This document shows positions 31,801-32,000 of a stretch of DNA of 32,000 nucleotides, piece by piece. A model generated the notes under the pieces. The model was not told the DNA's origin. It ran no database searches and saw only the letters and a list, made by a program, of their open reading frames with translations. The number at the start of each line of letters is the position of its first letter. Position 1 is the stretch's first letter. A program made the translations under genes and the position numbers. The DNA comes from Raphidiopsis brookii D9 (GTDB lineage: Bacteria > Cyanobacteriota > Cyanobacteriia > Cyanobacteriales > Nostocaceae): positions 60,001-92,000 of the forward strand of contig ACYB01000038.1 of assembly GCA_000175855.1 (NCBI GenBank). Direction: 5' to 3'.

Positions 31801-32000
31801 TGGGGGTGGGGGGACTTGAACCCCCACGACTTTCTACAGTCAACGGATTTTCATTCTCTTGCAGCTTTCGCTACTACCTTTGGGGTTTTAAGAATTGGAC
31901 TCTCCCTTTACCCTCGTCTTCACGTTAGGGTAGCTCCCGTCGAGTCTCTGCACCTTCCCAGAAACATTACGTGAGTTTACTGGGCTTGGCTCAGGATTGC
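31801..32000 (-). tRNA. trnL(UAA): tRNA-Leu(UAA), 3' exon plus part of its group I intron; 5' exon lies beyond the window edge
   Basis: Minus strand 31851..31801 reads AAAATCCGTTGACTGTAGAAAGTCGTGGGGGTTCAAGTCCCCCCACCCCCA: 3' side of the anticodon loop and stem, variable arm, T-stem/loop GGGGG-TTCAAGT-CCCCC, acceptor 3' strand. No CCA encoded. The upstream minus-strand sequence is group I intron core. Confidence 0.9.
31852..32000 (-). other. Group I intron of tRNA-Leu(UAA), 3' half, truncated by the window edge
   Basis: Minus strand contains GCAATCCTGAGCCAA, GGTGCAGAGACTCGACGGGAGCTACCC and AAGACGAGGGTAAAGGGAGAGTCC, the conserved cyanobacterial/plastid trnL intron core. It ends in G immediately before the AAAATCCG exon. 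Confidence 0.92.

Overview
This 32 kb window comes from a cyanobacterial chromosome. It looks like a Nostocales-type, low-GC genome, judging from gene content and the density of HIP1 GCGATCGC octamers. Most of it is dense, ordinary core genome: ahcY, cbiT, cdsA, a pseudouridine synthase, a RodZ-like HTH protein, malQ, sipA-like, plsC, rsmH, the pipX-pipY-sepF-proC-pentapeptide-purK cluster, trhO, a TMEM165/GDT1 (Mnx-like) transporter, a DUF39 protein, thiL, gap2, murC, murB and ybaB. I found no CRISPR array, phage, transposon, toxin-antitoxin pair or evident novel defence system. The points most worth a second look are non-coding. (1) The 5' leader of the TMEM165/GDT1 gene carries a yybP-ykoY Mn2+ riboswitch-like element, and its P1 3' strand overlaps a long alternative hairpin. 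(2) A structured ~185 nt intergenic region next to purK, with its own promoter-like sequence, is a candidate 6S RNA (ssaA). (3) The right edge holds the 3' exon and 3' half of the group I intron of tRNA-Leu(UAA). (4) A fused two-domain oligopeptide-type ABC ATPase is split by an apparent 1-nt deletion in a G run. No clearly undescribed biological system is supported by this sequence.
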